A stretch of 64,000 bases of DNA, taken from NCBI GenBank assembly GCA_951406725.2, contig OX597819.1, positions 66,650,001-66,714,000 of the forward strand, given 5' to 3'. A program made the position numbers and the translations under genes. Origin of the DNA: Octopus vulgaris (lineage: Eukaryota). Below, in pieces: positions 12,027-25,659 of the stretch (the stretch's first letter is position 1; each line of letters begins with the position of its first letter). The notes beneath the pieces were generated by a model, which worked only from the letters and a program-made list of their open reading frames with translations, had not been told where the DNA came from and did no database searches.

Positions 12027-14105
12027 CATATCTGTGTATCTGTGTGCGTGTATCTGTTTATAGGTGTGTGTGTGTGTGGAGCAATTTATGCGTCTGCAAT
12101 TTATACGCGTCTAGTAATTCGTCTCTTTTTCATAAATGTTAAATTTCTCTCGAGTTTCAATCAAACGTATCAACAAATACATCTTGCTTATAAATTCAGC
12201 AAAAAATTTCGAACAGGAAGAAAAGTGTAAATGTGCAATGCATATACAATTTGTAATTTAATTGGCCACTAACACAAATTTTTGCAGTTCATAATGTTTT
12301 ACCGAAATAAATATCATTTAAAATTATTGGAATTTTCAATAACATTTCTTTATCATCGATATGTGTGTATATATACGCACATATATATGTGTGTGCATGA
12401 ATATATATATATATATGCGTGTGTGTGTGTGTTTATCTGTATATATATTTATACATATATACTTATATCTCTATATACATATTTATATATATGTGTATAT
12501 GTATATATACACATACATATGTATATATATATATATTTCCATATATATGCACTCACGCTCATACATGAGTATATGGCTGTGAATGTTTGTGTGTGGCTTT
12601 GTAGTTGTCTATACATACGCCTTCATATAAATATACATATGTATGCACCTATATATATATATATATATATATAGATAGATAGATAGATATATACATATAT
12701 ATATAGATTGATAAATATATACATACATATATATATATATATTTGTTACATATATATATATATATACTATATATATATATATACTATATATATGTATATA
12801 TATCAATATATTTATAAACGACACAGTCGCATATTCACTTGCAGAGACACCTATATATATATTATGGAACATGTTACGACGCTAATGGTTTGAAGGTGAG
12901 AAATAGCTGAATACTTATTTGAGTAGTGATTTACAAAACTACGCTAATCATATTTTCTTGCATAGAACCTAGATCAGACATTTAGTTCTAGCAGTTCGTT
13001 GATTATATCGACCACATTAGTCATTCTGTACTCTATTTGATTGACCCCGGAACAAAAATATGCATTGGCTGTTACTGTTCGAAATTGAACTAACAACTCA
13101 TAGCATTAAATGACATATTGAATGTATCATTTGAGACAGTTTCGCCCATTAAGACATACGTATTAGGTATTGATATATAACCACTCGCATCTAATTTTCA
13201 TTCTTCCGACCAAATCGGCCACGCTATTTATTTCCTAATATGTAATACTTGTTCCTTTGGTGTCTCTTGCCGAACTGTTACGAAGGCGTAAAGCAGTCAA
13301 GCAGACAACCATAAAGGCAAAACTGAACTATACATAAACAAACACACATATGTATATACGAATGATGTTTATATTCTAATAAAACACAGATTCATGTTGA
13401 GTTGAATAATTACTCAATAAACATGGAAGAGTACAAACTTACTATTCTTTAACAAGAATATTATTGAGAGTGACTTGGATGCCATCATCCTAAACACAAA
13501 ACGGCATATTACATCTTAAACAGTTTCTAAAATGAATGCGCGCGCACACACACAAAACATATACACATATATACAAATAGGATAGCAGAATAACCTGGCT
13601 TAGAATTACTTGCACAATTTTTATATTATTCATTTTCTTCATATTTTTATAAGTGAAATGATATATTATAAAATACACATGCTTATAGCCAAATAAATAA
13701 ATAAATAAATTAATTAATTAATAAACACCACAGATTTCACTTCCTTAAACACAAAAATTAAAATTTCTCAGTCGCCAAGCATTCAATTTACAGAACAATT
13801 ATCATCTGATCACGAATATGCTGACCAGCAAACTTCAAACCTACTTACATATTCCTGAGAGAATTAAAACATTTGCAAATAGCGCCATTACATGCTTCAG
13901 TAATGAACAACACCTCCTAATACAAACTAGTGAAATACAGGCCTGCTAACAAATCATCTTCACTCGTGAAACCTTGAAAACACATCACCTAAAACCTGAG
14001 ATACTTTGTGAACAAGCCTAAATACAAAAGTTAGAATGCTGGACTGAACTCCTAGTTTTAAAACCTACATTCTCAACATACAAGGTTAAATGTTCTAATA
14101 GTATC

Positions 14106-14140
14106 CAGGTGTGGCTGTGTGGTAAGAAGCTTGCTTACCC
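14106..14140 (+). mobile_element. Truncated head of SINE family B
   Basis: CAGGTGTGGCTGTGTGGTAAGAAGCTTGCTTACC matches the reverse complement of the family B ends (e.g. 18185-18216) and stops abruptly. Confidence 0.7.
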
Positions 14141-15210
14141 AGAATGCAACACTAGTTGGTCTGGACTGTTACAGTGAGCAGATGTGAGTTTCGGCTCCGC
14201 GAATAGAAAAAAAAGAACAAAAAGAAAATTGTCAATTATGGCTCGCTATAGTGAGCAAAATACTGGGTTCTCATCGCCGTAACGGTGAATTGAGAATTTT
14301 TTGAAAATTCCTCTTGTGAATTCTAGTGGGCGTATCCCGCCAGAAAAATAAGAATAAGCCATTTGGATTACCTTTTGGATTACCTTTTTGGAGTATTATA
14401 CAAAGGATTCCCTGTCTGTGCTATTTGTGAGGTGTTTCTTTTATTTTTCCCTTCTTCTATTTTTTCTTTCTTTCTAAATTTTGGTTCATTCCTTTCATTA
14501 CTTTAATTTCAGTTTCCTCCCCTCCTCTTTTATTTTGTTTTATTTTTATTCGGTTTAATTTTTTGGCAGACTGTCTTTTGAACTACTTTTGAACTGTTTT
14601 TTGACATGGCAGAAAAACTCTATCTTAGAGTGGGAAATTAACCCGCCTAAGCAATGGTTAAAAGATATGGAGGAGAAGACGATGTACTTAGAACGTATTC
14701 TAAAGTTCCATCACAGTCTTCCCAAAACAAGTCATAAAAAATTAACTTAAAGAACATTTGTCCTCTGTAAAATATATATCCCGTGGTGTCAAACATGCAA
14801 CCGTATGGTTGATGTTTGACAACGGGGAAAAGGCTCGCCAGTTTGCGAGTCAGACTTTAGAAGGCAAGGAAATTCTGTTTCTGCCGTCATATTGTGGAAG
14901 AAAATTAATACGAGCCTGGGTATGTGGGCTCCCCCCCCCCGGGTACCGAAGCGGATTGGATTGAAGATACCATTCGACGGGGACTGGGGGATGGCGGGCC
15001 CAGACTCTTAAATGTAAGAGTATTGCCGGCGGTCGATTGGGAAGGGTCAAAATCGATTTTGACCCTATGGACCCCATCAGCCGCAACAGAACTGGTTTTT
15101 CCAGACTTCTTGAAAATGGCTGGCTGCAGGTATCTGGTGATACTTGAGGGACGTCCCCCAAAGTGCCACTCGTGCCTGCAGCCAGGCCACATTAAAAGGA
15201 ACTGCCCCCA
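14141..15210 (+). mobile_element. 5' part of an L1/Tx1-like non-LTR retrotransposon (5' UTR plus ORF1 remnant)
   Basis: A T-rich leader is followed by a disrupted ORF ending in a gag-type zinc knuckle; truncated by SINE A sequence at about 15210. Confidence 0.6.
14607..15210 (+). pseudogene. ORF1p-like protein (RRM-like region plus CCHC knuckle), disrupted
   Basis: ORF 14758-14964 (...IRAWVCGLPP) joins ORF 14924-15334 by a frameshift in the C10 run at 14931-14940. It ends in GRPPKCHSCLQPGHIKRNCP (CX2CX4HX4C). Confidence 0.7.
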
Positions 15211-15595
15211 AATTCCGCCGAGGTTGACTTCGCAATTCATCCTTTCGGAAATCGATAAATTAAGTACCAGTTGCGTACTGAGATCGAACAAATCGACTGG
15301 TCCCCTCCCCAAGAATCTTGTGTTATGTGCATAGATTTGAAAAGAGTAATTTTCTTAAGGCGGCGTGTTAGCAGAATCGTTAGCACACCGGGCGAAATGC
15401 TTAGCGGTATTTCGCCTGCCGCTACGTTCTGAGTTCAAATTCCGCCGGGGTCGACTTTGCCTTTCATCCTTTCGGGGTCGATTAAATAAGTACCTGTTAC
15501 GTACTGGGGTCATTATAATCGAATTAATCCGTGTGTTTGTCCTTGCTTGTCCTCTCTGTGTGTAGCCCCTTGTGGGTAGTAAAGAAATAGGTATT
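15209..15595 (+). mobile_element. SINE family A, partial unit followed by a head-core-linker unit
   Basis: AAATTCCGCCGAGGTTGAC...core...tail to about 15345, then AAGGCGGCGTGTTAGCAGAA...GGGTAGTAAAGAAATAGG. Confidence 0.85.
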
Positions 15596-15840
15596 TTATT
15601 TATATTTCAATATCGTTGTTCCTCAGAATCATGGGGCCTTCATTAAAGTGGCGCACCGTATCAACAAAATTAGACCAGCCATAAACAAAAGGAGACCAGC
15701 CATAAACAATAACATGAAGAAGAGTTGTTACTATAGCAATTCCAGTTCGCATAAGTCACCATCTTCCTCCTTCTTTTTCCGTCTTCCTTCTTCCTCCACA
15801 CATATCTAAGCGATGACCTTTTCCACACCCGTTTTGTCAT

Positions 15841-15886
15841 ATGTTTTGAAGAAGGGGTCATAACCCCGAAATATAGAAATATATAG
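15841..15886 (+). ncRNA. Decayed minimal HHR-like motif (Penelope-type terminus)
   Basis: TTTTGAAGAA-GGGGTCATAACCCC-GAAA-TATA-GAAA. The stem II hairpin is intact but C3 is lost. Confidence 0.35.
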
Positions 15887-16042
15887 TAAACCTACAACTT
15901 TCTTTTCGCTTCATTTATTTATTTTTATTTATTATTATTTTTTATTTTTTGTTGCTTACTTCGTATCTTCTTGCATTGATCCGGTCTCACACAGCAAGTC
16001 TCTTTAAAGTAATATCGCACAATTCTTCACCGAACCTACTCC

Positions 16043-16091
<49 letters not shown>

Positions 16092-16684
16092 ATATATATA
16101 TACATGCATACATATATACATACATAAATACATACAAATAGATAGATAGATAGATTTCCTGTTACATTTTCTAAATAGCGCTATATTGCTATCTATATAT
16201 ATATGTAGAAGGAGAAGAAAACAAAACATACGTTCAGCGTTGTCATATATTGATTATTAAATTGCTTTTTTTCTTACACTTATGGATTTCTGAGATATTC
16301 ACTAGTAAAGAAGAGTTACAGAATTCCTAGCGATATATCATCTCTTTCATGACTAGAAGAAAAAGCAAAACAAAAAACATAGAGAAGGCACATAAATAAT
16401 ATCCAGTCCATTTTCGATGACAGGAATATTTCACAGAATATTCCCTGTAACCATTAATCTCGAGCCTATCGCTAGCCAGCATTACTAAAAATGTTCTGTA
16501 CTAATCGGATCTATAGTCACACATTTTGTACAGAAACTACAAACGAATTGCATAAAATAGAATGGATGTGCCAGAAAGTTAGTTTGAATCTTGAATGCAG
16601 ATGCTGGTCACCAGTGAATGCTTTTCACAAATTTGTCGCGCACATTAACACACATACGCATGCACACACTTACAAACATATTCT

Positions 16685-17490
16685 TTTATACTCTAGGCAC
16701 TAGGCTCAAAAGTTTTGGGGAGGGGGCCAGTCCATTAGATCTATCCCAGGACACAACTGGTACTTAATCTAACGATGCCGAAAGGGTGACAGGCAAAGTC
16801 GCCCTCGGCGGAATTTGAATTTAGAACGTAAAGATAGACGAAATACCGCTAAGCATTTTGCCCGGCGTCCTAAAGATTCTACCAGTTACCCGCTTTATAC
16901 TTATATACATATTCTTTTCTACTGAAAGCACAAAGCCCGAAATTTTTGGGGAGAGGCTAGTTGATTAGACCGACCACAGTACGCAACTGGTACTTAATTT
17001 ATCGACTCCGAAATGATGAAAGGCAAAGTCAACCACGCGCAATTTGAACTCAGAACATAAAGACAGACAAAATACCTATTTCTTTACTACCCACAAGGGG
17101 CTAAACACAGAGAGGACAAACAAGGACAGACAAACGGATTAAGTCGATTATATCGACCCCAGGATGAAAGGATGAAAGGCAAAGTCGACCTCGGCGGAAT
17201 TTGAACTCAGAACGTAGCGGCAGACGAAATTCCGCTGAGCATTTCGCCCGGCGTGCTAACGATTCTGCCAGCTCACTGCCTTTAATATATTCTTTTCTAT
17301 TCTAAGCACAAGGCCCGAAATATTTTTTTGTTGCGGGGAGGGCCATTTGATTAGAAGATCGACCCTAGTATGCAACTGGTAATTAATTTATCGACCCCGA
17401 AATGATGAAAGGCTAAGTCGACCACGGCGGAATTTGAACACACAACATAAAGACAAACGAAATCCCGCAAGGCATTTCGCCCGGCGTACT
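16685..17490 (-). mobile_element. Tandem array of SINE family A units (monomer, dimer, monomer)
   Basis: Repeated AAAGGCAAAGTCGACCTCGGCGGAATTTGAACTCAGAAC cores at about 16790, 17020, 17175 and 17410, separated by TATTCTTTTCTA tails. Confidence 0.85.
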
Positions 17491-17829
17491 CTTACATACT
17501 TAGTGAAGTACTCACGCGTATAGGTAAGTACATACGAATGTAAGAATGACATCATTTTACATTTTTTGCGATACAGCATCAAGAAGAGGTGAATTCAAAT
17601 TAGTTAAAATAAAATTTAATGAATTATTTGATTAGATAACAATTTGTAATTTCCTTACAACGCTATCGACATTTTTACGTGAAGGAAATCCATCTCAAGT
17701 GTCGACTCCAGTGCAAAACAAAGCACTTGATTACAGTAGATTTTGAAATTAGAATATAATGACCTACAACGTATAACCAGCAAACTGTGGTATTTTGAAA
17801 TGCCAACCATTACATTTCGTTACGTTTAC

Positions 17830-18217
17830 TTTTTTACTCTTTTATTTGTTTCAGTTATTTGAATGCAGCCATGCTGGAGAACCACATTTACTTGAAAAAT
17901 CGACCCCAGTACTTGTTCTTTGTAAGCATAGTATTTATTCTATCGGTCTCTTTTGTTGAACCGCTAACTTACGGGGACGTAAACACACCAGCATCGGTTG
18001 TCAAGCGATGGTGGGGAACAAACACAGAAACACAAACACACACACACACATATATATATATGCGATGGGCTTATTCAGTTTTGTCTACCAAATCCACTCA
18101 CAAGGTTTTTGTCGGCCCGGGGCTATAGTAGAAGACACTTGCCCGAATTGCCATGCAGTAGGACTGAACCCGGAACCATGTGATTGGTAAGCAAGCTTCT
18201 TACCACATAGCCACGCC
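17830..18217 (-). mobile_element. tRNA-derived SINE family B, near full length
   Basis: Minus-strand head GGCGTGGCTATGTGGTAAGAAGCTTGCTTACC...CCGGGTTCAGTCC (A/B boxes), CORE-like GGGCAAGTGTCTTCT, internal (TG)n, and tail ...GCATGGCTGCA...CTGAAACAAATAAAAGAG. Confidence 0.85.
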
Positions 18218-18907
18218 GAAATTCAGGTATACATTTTTACAAGAGATGCTTTAAATATAGTGCATTCTCAATTAAACCAGTTCGATACTTTCTTCATGCA
18301 CAGATATTCTGCTGTACCAAAAATAGTTATTCTGATACAGTCTAATTTAAATATATAACTATTCTACATTAGCATACTTATTCTAAAGTATTATAATTCT
18401 TTCAGCGATATATAATCCTTCCACAGTAGCGACAATAGTTCTACGGATACATGGTGTTGCTCTTATATAAAGATTATACTGCAACACACTTACCCTGCAG
18501 TAGCAAAAATAATTGTTCTACTCAAGAATTATTGCAATGCATTGTTATTTTAATAAATATTTATTCCATTCTGGCATTCTTATTCCATTACATACTCGTG
18601 CAACGTTGATTTTTCTACTACAATGTTATTCCAAAGCATAATTATTCTGTCACATCGTCATTCGAATACATATTCTATTGTGGTATACATTACTACTATA
18701 CCAAAATACATTCTGTGGTATATGGTCATTCTACTGCATGGTCATTCCGCTCTAAGGGAACTTTAAGTCGACCACTTCACGTCCTCAAAATTGTATAAAA
18801 ACGACAGTGACATTACAGTCTGAATAAAATAAAGGACGTCTTATATTCCTTTTTTAAAGTATTATTTGTCAGTATCTCTATTCTGCTTTGAATATCTTAA
18901 TTCTGTA

Positions 18908-19075
18908 TAAGGTAACTAGCTGGCAAAAATGGGTTGCACACCAAGCAAGATGCTTAGCTGTATTACTACCTCCGTCTGTACGTTCTGAGTTCAAATTCCA
19001 CCAAGGTCGACTTCGCTTTCTAGTCTTTCGGGCTCGATAGAATATGTACTGCCTTTGTGTCAAAATTTAAAACTA
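18908..19075 (+). mobile_element. SINE family A, degenerate
   Basis: AAGGTAACTAGCTGGCAAAA...TACGTTCTGAGTTCAAATTCCACCAAGGTCGACTT. Confidence 0.7.
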
Positions 19076-20425
19076 ATTTTAAATTTGTACATTTTGCATT
19101 CATCAAAATATAAACGAATGTTTATATTCATCAATTGCCGAAATTGTAATTAGTTCTCAGTTATTATAAGCATCAGTATAGTCTCGTGTAAGCTGATCAA
19201 GTTATATGTAGTCTTGGAGTTGTGGCAAAAAAGGAAATCTCGCCGTATTATTGGAAAGAAAGTATAGGCAGCTTGAGTAATGCTGTCCAACATATAATGA
19301 GGAGGATCACAAGTAGAACGGGCCTTGACATATACAAATTCGATCAATGGTAAGCAATTCCTCAGCAGTATTAACAATAAACAACATAATCATTTGATAT
19401 AGAACTGATAGGAGACCTTGTTTCTCTGGAATTCGTATTTCTGGCCGAAAATCAGTTCCTAAAATTGATTAAGAATGAAGGATCGATATAAACACAGTAG
19501 CTTGTCTACAAAAATATCAGGCTATTTATTTTCAAATCGCATAATCTTTAAAATCATAAGCGGAATGCCTATTTGCTGACGTATTCTGAGACAAGCAATT
19601 TTAAAGGAAGGGTTCGCTCTGGGTATGAAACCGCCACCACAACACCAGCATCACAATCACCACCATCAAAACCACCACCATCACAACCACCACCATCACA
19701 ACCATCACCATCACAATCACCACCATCAACTACTATTAGCATTGATACCACTCTTAGTAATATTAAAGCATAAAAGAAATCGTGAACACCCTTGGGAAGC
19801 GAACTCCAAATACAAGGAAACGTATATAAACATTTGTAGACATTTCATCTGGGAGCCAGCATTTCTGTACGATTTGATTGCCCTGAAGTGTTTTAAATAA
19901 AATATTTAGCTAGACATGAGCTTAGAAGATCGAAAATTTAGAAAAATAACACGGCTGCAGAACTAAAAAGTCAATTGCAAAATAAACGCATGATGAAGAT
20001 AAGAAACAGTAAAATAACGAACACAGGAAGGAGTTAGACTAATATATAAGACTGATCATAATGTCGGAAATAATATAATAGGTCTCAATACAACAGCAAG
20101 CCCAGAAATACATTATAGCTAGAAGGTAATGTATTAGAACTTTGGTGAATTGAAGAGGTTAGTTAGTAGAAGCAGGAAGTTACTGTCTGCAGTTCATATT
20201 GATCATCCCAAGAGCCACATTTAAAATAGCTACTGCGTATTGAGAGCGAAGGAACTTAATAACTGTAGAGAATTATGGTAAATTGGATACGTATAATGAC
20301 ATCTAAATTTCTAACTGGAGTGCTTGTGCCCGTATATAAATAAAAATAACTAAATAGATAAAAAGCAACAACAGCAACAACAGCAATGATGATGAAGACG
20401 ATGACGATGATGATGATAATAAATT

Positions 20426-20475
<50 letters not shown>

Positions 20476-20532
20476 ACTAATAATAATAATAATAATAATA
20501 ACAATAATAATAAACCTTTTTACTAAAGGCAC

Positions 20533-20653
20533 AAGGAAAGAAAGAAGGAAGATTTAACGTTTGGAGAGGATCTCTTCGTCTGAAGCATAGGAAAAGGAAA
20601 GCTCCAAGGAAGGGAAGACGGAGGAAAAAAATCGTCAACGTTACATACGAGGT

Positions 20654-20655
<2 letters not shown>
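20533..20655 (-). mobile_element. Penelope-like terminal repeat fragment related to 25335-25445, decayed HHR
   Basis: Minus strand TTTCCTCCGTCTTCCCTTCCTTGGA...CAGACGAAGAGATCCTCTCCAAACGTT aligns with TTTCCTCCGTCTCCCTTTTCTCTTGGA...CTGACGAAGACTTTTGCTCGAAACGTA. Confidence 0.55.
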
Positions 20656-20719
<64 letters not shown>

Positions 20720-20911
20720 TTGAGTAGTTGAATGAATTATCTTATTATGGATAATTCGGTTAACCGATACCTGGGTAGCAAATTCACGTCAGAAAAACAT
20801 GGTTGAAGCTATATGCCTGGGGCAGAGATCACGTGCTATCGTGTGGAAATTTGTGTGTGTTTTTCTTATACAAATAAATGAAAGAATGGAGTTGAACGAC
20901 GAATTATCAAA

Positions 20912-21016
20912 ATTCCTTTATTTTATTTTCGACATATGTTTCGAAGGCTGCATATTCCTAATTTCGAAGGAATAAGGGGTGCATTATGCCGCCTTCTCAT
21001 CAGGAAAAGTAAGGAA
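20912..21016 (-). ncRNA. Type I hammerhead ribozyme, intact core
   Basis: Minus strand: TTCCTTAC-TTTTC-CTGATGA-GAAGGC...TATTCCT...AGGAATA...GCCTTC-GAAAC-ATAT-GTC-GAAAA-TAAAATA-AAGGAA. Stems I and II pair, stem III is the palindrome ACATATGT, and the cleavage triplet is GUC. Confidence 0.85.
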
Positions 21017-21570
21017 CTTATGTCAGCATCAAGATGCATAAAAACGTTTAGATGACTGCCCACACGAAGCCCATAGCGGTAATGAGTGTTTCTTTAAAAT
21101 ATTCCGTTATAAGCAGTGACGTCAAAAATGGTTGAATGTAGAAGATTCTAGAAGGTTCAAGGGTTCAAACAAGGTTGGAGGAGAGAGACCTAAGAATAGG
21201 AAGGTAGAAAGGTGCAGATCAAATGAATGGTGATTTTGTTGTTTTCTTTTGTGAATGAATGCCTATGTGTGTGTATGTATATAACTGTATTAATGGCTAT
21301 GTGTGTGTATGTGTGTGCGTGATTGTGTGTGGATGGGTAGATGCCAAAAACAGACAGTGGTGAAGTGACAGGTTTGTGTCTGTGTGTTTGATTGTGCTTA
21401 CGATAGAGAGAGGGAAAGAGAGAGAGAGGAGGGCGAATTAGAGAGACAAAGGTAAAACACACCTCAATGGGTTGGGTAGTAGTCCTTTAAGAGTATAAAA
21501 ATTGACTATGAGGGCGATATATAAATGGGACTATATTACTAAAATTCAAGGAGGTTATCTATATTAATCA

Positions 21571-22413
21571 TTATTCATATGAGTGAAAGGTGTGTTTTTG
21601 CCAGTGCATGCATCTATAGGATTTCTCGACCATTGTATTTATTAAAGGGACTTTGGCGAACAAAATATGGAAAAGTTCGGAATAACAGACGCCACAAAAT
21701 TTTCTGCCTTTATCAAACGGAAAGGATACAGACAATATGGACCATTCCAGCTTGAAAGTTGTATTACTGTCCTTAAGACGCCAAACTATTTTACTTAGTC
21801 CTGTGCTGTGTTGTTTTCTCTTATCTCGGAAAGTTGAATAATGGTCGGAGATCCTGTGGGCTAATTTAGAAGTAGTTGCCCCAATGTAGAAGACATCGGT
21901 ACCGGAAGAAATTTTGCACTGGTAAATGGAATTTCTAATTTTGGTATTGCTGGATAAGAACTTTAATCTGTTAGGGTTTACCTCCGAGACTAAGACGGAG
22001 TTTTTATTATGATTGGTGTTAATATTATTGCTAGCATTGACCACAATACTATTCATATTATTATCATTACTATCAATTGTACTATCGTCGGTAATTTCCC
22101 TGACTATAGGAATGCTGGGGTTGTTATCATCAATACTACCACTGCTATTATAAATGCTGTCGTTATAACCACTAACACTACCACTGTTAATAATCCGACT
22201 AATATTATTATTAATATTACTATTGTTAATGCCAACGCTGCTATGAATATTGCTATTATCAATACTATTTCTATTATTATTATTATTGTATGTTTGGTTG
22301 GAATTGTTAAGGGCAGTGTCGCTACCTGCGGGTGATGCATCTTGATGCTGACATAAGTTCCTTACATACAATAATAATAATAATAATAGAAATAGTATTG
22401 ATAATAGCAACAT
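21571..22413 (-). CDS. Penelope-type GIY-YIG endonuclease preceded by an Asn/Ile/Ser low-complexity region; no RT
   Basis: SIYQCKI...FYIGAT...HRISDH...TGLSKIVWRLK...WSIL...CGVCYSE...LINT..E...CMH: GIY-YIG motifs with the conserved R, H, E and N plus C-terminal CxxC...CxH. The start codon is uncertain. Confidence 0.75.
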   Translation of the reverse strand: MLLLSILFLLLLLLLYVRNLCQHQDASPAGSDTALNNSNQTYNNNNNRNSIDNSNIHSSVGINNSNINNNISRIINSGSVSGYNDSIYNSSGSIDDNNPSIPIVREITDDSTIDSNDNNMNSIVVNASNNINTNHNKNSVLVSEVNPNRLKFLSSNTKIRNSIYQCKISSGTDVFYIGATTSKLAHRISDHYSTFRDKRKQHSTGLSKIVWRLKDSNTTFKLEWSILSVSFPFDKGRKFCGVCYSELFHILFAKVPLINTMVEKSYRCMHWQKHTFHSYE

Positions 22414-22965
22414 TCATAGCAGAGTCGATTCGAAAATGTAGATGATGTATACCATTTTTGATAAATAATGTTATTGTCTGTTATTATATATCTGTCTTTT
22501 TATAAACATAAATCTATCCTCAAATATCTTACGCACCCTGTATACTTATGTATGTTTATATAGATGTCGCTGTTCAGATTTCTTGCCAATAAAGAGCCAG
22601 TTTCTCGCCTAGATCATCTTTACGGCAGGATTCTTTAACTTACCGAGTGCCGAAGGTGCCACGCAGTGTGACTGAACCTGAGAAAATGTGGGAAACCAAC
22701 GTCTTACCACAGAGTCGCGCTTGTATTTATATTAGAGAAATATGTTATATAATGGACGTACAGCAATGAATTCATAATTATCTGGAACAGTTTTTAACCA
22801 TTTTCTGTCATCCAATTAAATTTCAATTCTAAGAATTTTTCTATAGAATATTTCATGTTACATCTTTATTGAAATCTTTTGGATACTTGGTAAATTTAAA
22901 ATTCTGAGTAATGATCGATTAATATTCTGCAACTGGTACAACAGCTAATATAAAAACTAGTACTC

Positions 22966-23385
22966 AGGCGGGGAGCTAGCAGAATCGTTAGAACGCTAGG
23001 CGAAATGCTTAGCGGCATTTCGTCAGTCCTTACGTTCTGAGTTCAAATTCCGCCGGGGTCGACTATGCATTTCATTCTTTCAAGGTCGATAAATTAAGTA
23101 CCAGTTGCGTACTAGGGTCGATCAAATCGACTGGAACCCTCACCCAAAATACGGGCCTTGTGACTAGAGTTAAAAAGAATCGCTACAACACCGGGCACAA
23201 CGGCTAGCGGTATTTCCTACGTCTTTATGGTCTGAGTTCAAATTTCGCCGAGGTCGACACTTCCTTTCACCCCTTCGGGGAACGATGAGGGAAGTACCAG
23301 CCGGATTCTGGGGGTCGATGTAATCGACTTATACCCTCACCACGAAATTGCTTTCCTTGTGCCAAAATTTGGAATCAATATTGTA
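22966..23385 (+). mobile_element. SINE family A, two tandem monomers
   Basis: AGGCGGGGAGCTAGCAGAATCGTTAG...core...GGGCCTTGTGACTAGAG, then a second unit to CCTTGTGCCAAAATTTG. Confidence 0.85.
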
Positions 23386-23419
23386 ATTAAATACTGCCGC
23401 TACTACTACTGCCGCTACA

Positions 23420-23473
<54 letters not shown>

Positions 23474-24009
23474 GCTGCTGATGCTGCTGCTGCTGCTTCT
23501 GCTGCTGCTGCTGTTACACTTAGTTTAATCATTTCTCTATAGAACAAGAGGAATATTTTGGTGGCGAGTGAAATTTGGAGCCTATCGCGCTATATAATTG
23601 GTGAGTTCGAATTTGATCAACAAAGGAAAGATGAATGGGAACGCAGAATTTGAACACAAGGAAAGATTAAAAGGCCATAAACTATTGCTAAATTCATTTT
23701 ATCTGAAGCTCTAATGTATCTGACAGTCCATCGCTATATAATACCGTCTCATATACTGACATACATGTATGTATATGTTTGAGCGTATATTGTCGACAGC
23801 AAGCATATACACCGCATCAACGCACAAAGAAACACACACCACCCACTCATATACATGCATATATACACACATACATACATATATATATATATATATACAT
23901 AAATACATACACACACATACACAGACACACAGACACATACAAAGGCACACACACACTTACGCGTACATACAGACACAGACATACAAACACACACGCACAC
24001 ACACACACA

Positions 24010-24089
<80 letters not shown>

Positions 24090-24829
24090 CACATATACAG
24101 AAAAATCTATGCATATATGTAATGAATGCTTCATTGACAAACTTCTGATGAATAGGTATTTTATTAGATCATGTCTTTTAAAGTGTCAAATCAGAAATAC
24201 ATTAAGAGTATAACCATTTAAATGATGAAGATATCCGTTTCTCATTATCTGTGCAAATGCCGAAATGAAATGGTTTTGGAGTAAACATTCGGAAATTCAT
24301 GTGTACCGAATGAAGTTTGCATAATGTAGAAAGAATCACCAATGAGAATGTAATAGATGTTTCGGAGGTTATTTTCGCAATGAATAATTAGCATTATATT
24401 GTTGGTTCAATGAAAACGAAATATAACATTTCACTTGACAAAAGATAGCCATCTTTTGGGACACAACTTAATTCTCTGGTGTTGTGTGTATCAGATTAGG
24501 AGAAGAAAGACCTGTCAATGTTTGTCGTCGAGAGAGTTAGAAAGACAGCGACACAGGGGTGAGAAGAACACGAAAGATGACGGACATTTCTTGACACAGT
24601 AAATGGTGTCAGTTAATTCAGCTCGTTTGAATGTGACACACATGTAAACGGGGAAGTATATACAGACATAGACAACAACTTTATCTGTAAATATACAAAC
24701 ATATGTAGATATACGCAGAAACAAAAGAACAGAAACACGTTGTAAATAATACACGCTCACACACATACACAAACACACACACTCACACACATATGTATAT
24801 ATATATATGTATATATAAATATATATATA

Positions 24830-24891
<62 letters not shown>

Positions 24892-25072
24892 CATACACAC
24901 ACATATATGTATATATATTCACGCATATGTATATAAGTGTGTATAGATTGTATGAGTGATGTGTAAATGTTATATATTTAGGAAAGCTGATAAAAACTAC
25001 TTATTTAGCGCTTTCGCCAATATACACGCAGATGGATACATACATACATACGTACATATGTATATATACATG

Positions 25073-25140
<68 letters not shown>

Positions 25141-25171
25141 TGAGTGTGTATGTGTGTGTGTGTATTATGAC

Positions 25172-25646
<475 letters not shown>

Positions 25647-25659
25647 GTATGTATGAATA

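Larger units (their letters stand above)
20714..22530 (-). mobile_element. Penelope-like element: GIY-YIG ORF, 3' region with HHR, ending at (TA)n
   Basis: A GIY-YIG ORF and a downstream intact minimal HHR lie on the same strand. The 5' boundary is approximate. Confidence 0.75.

Noticed and set aside
13770-14095. Coding-like A/C-rich stretch (LTSKLQTYLHIPERIKTF...)
   Set aside because: It has in-frame stops and no recognisable motif; it may be old LINE debris but is unsupported.
16685-17490. Regularly recurring ~40-bp motif suggesting a CRISPR-like array
   Set aside because: The intervening sequences are homologous SINE parts, not unique spacers; the context is eukaryotic and no cas genes are present.
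22360-22413. Signal-peptide-like N-terminus (MLLLSILFLLLLLLL) of the GIY-YIG ORF
   Set aside because: The Leu run is encoded by a (TTA)n microsatellite; there is no independent support for secretion.
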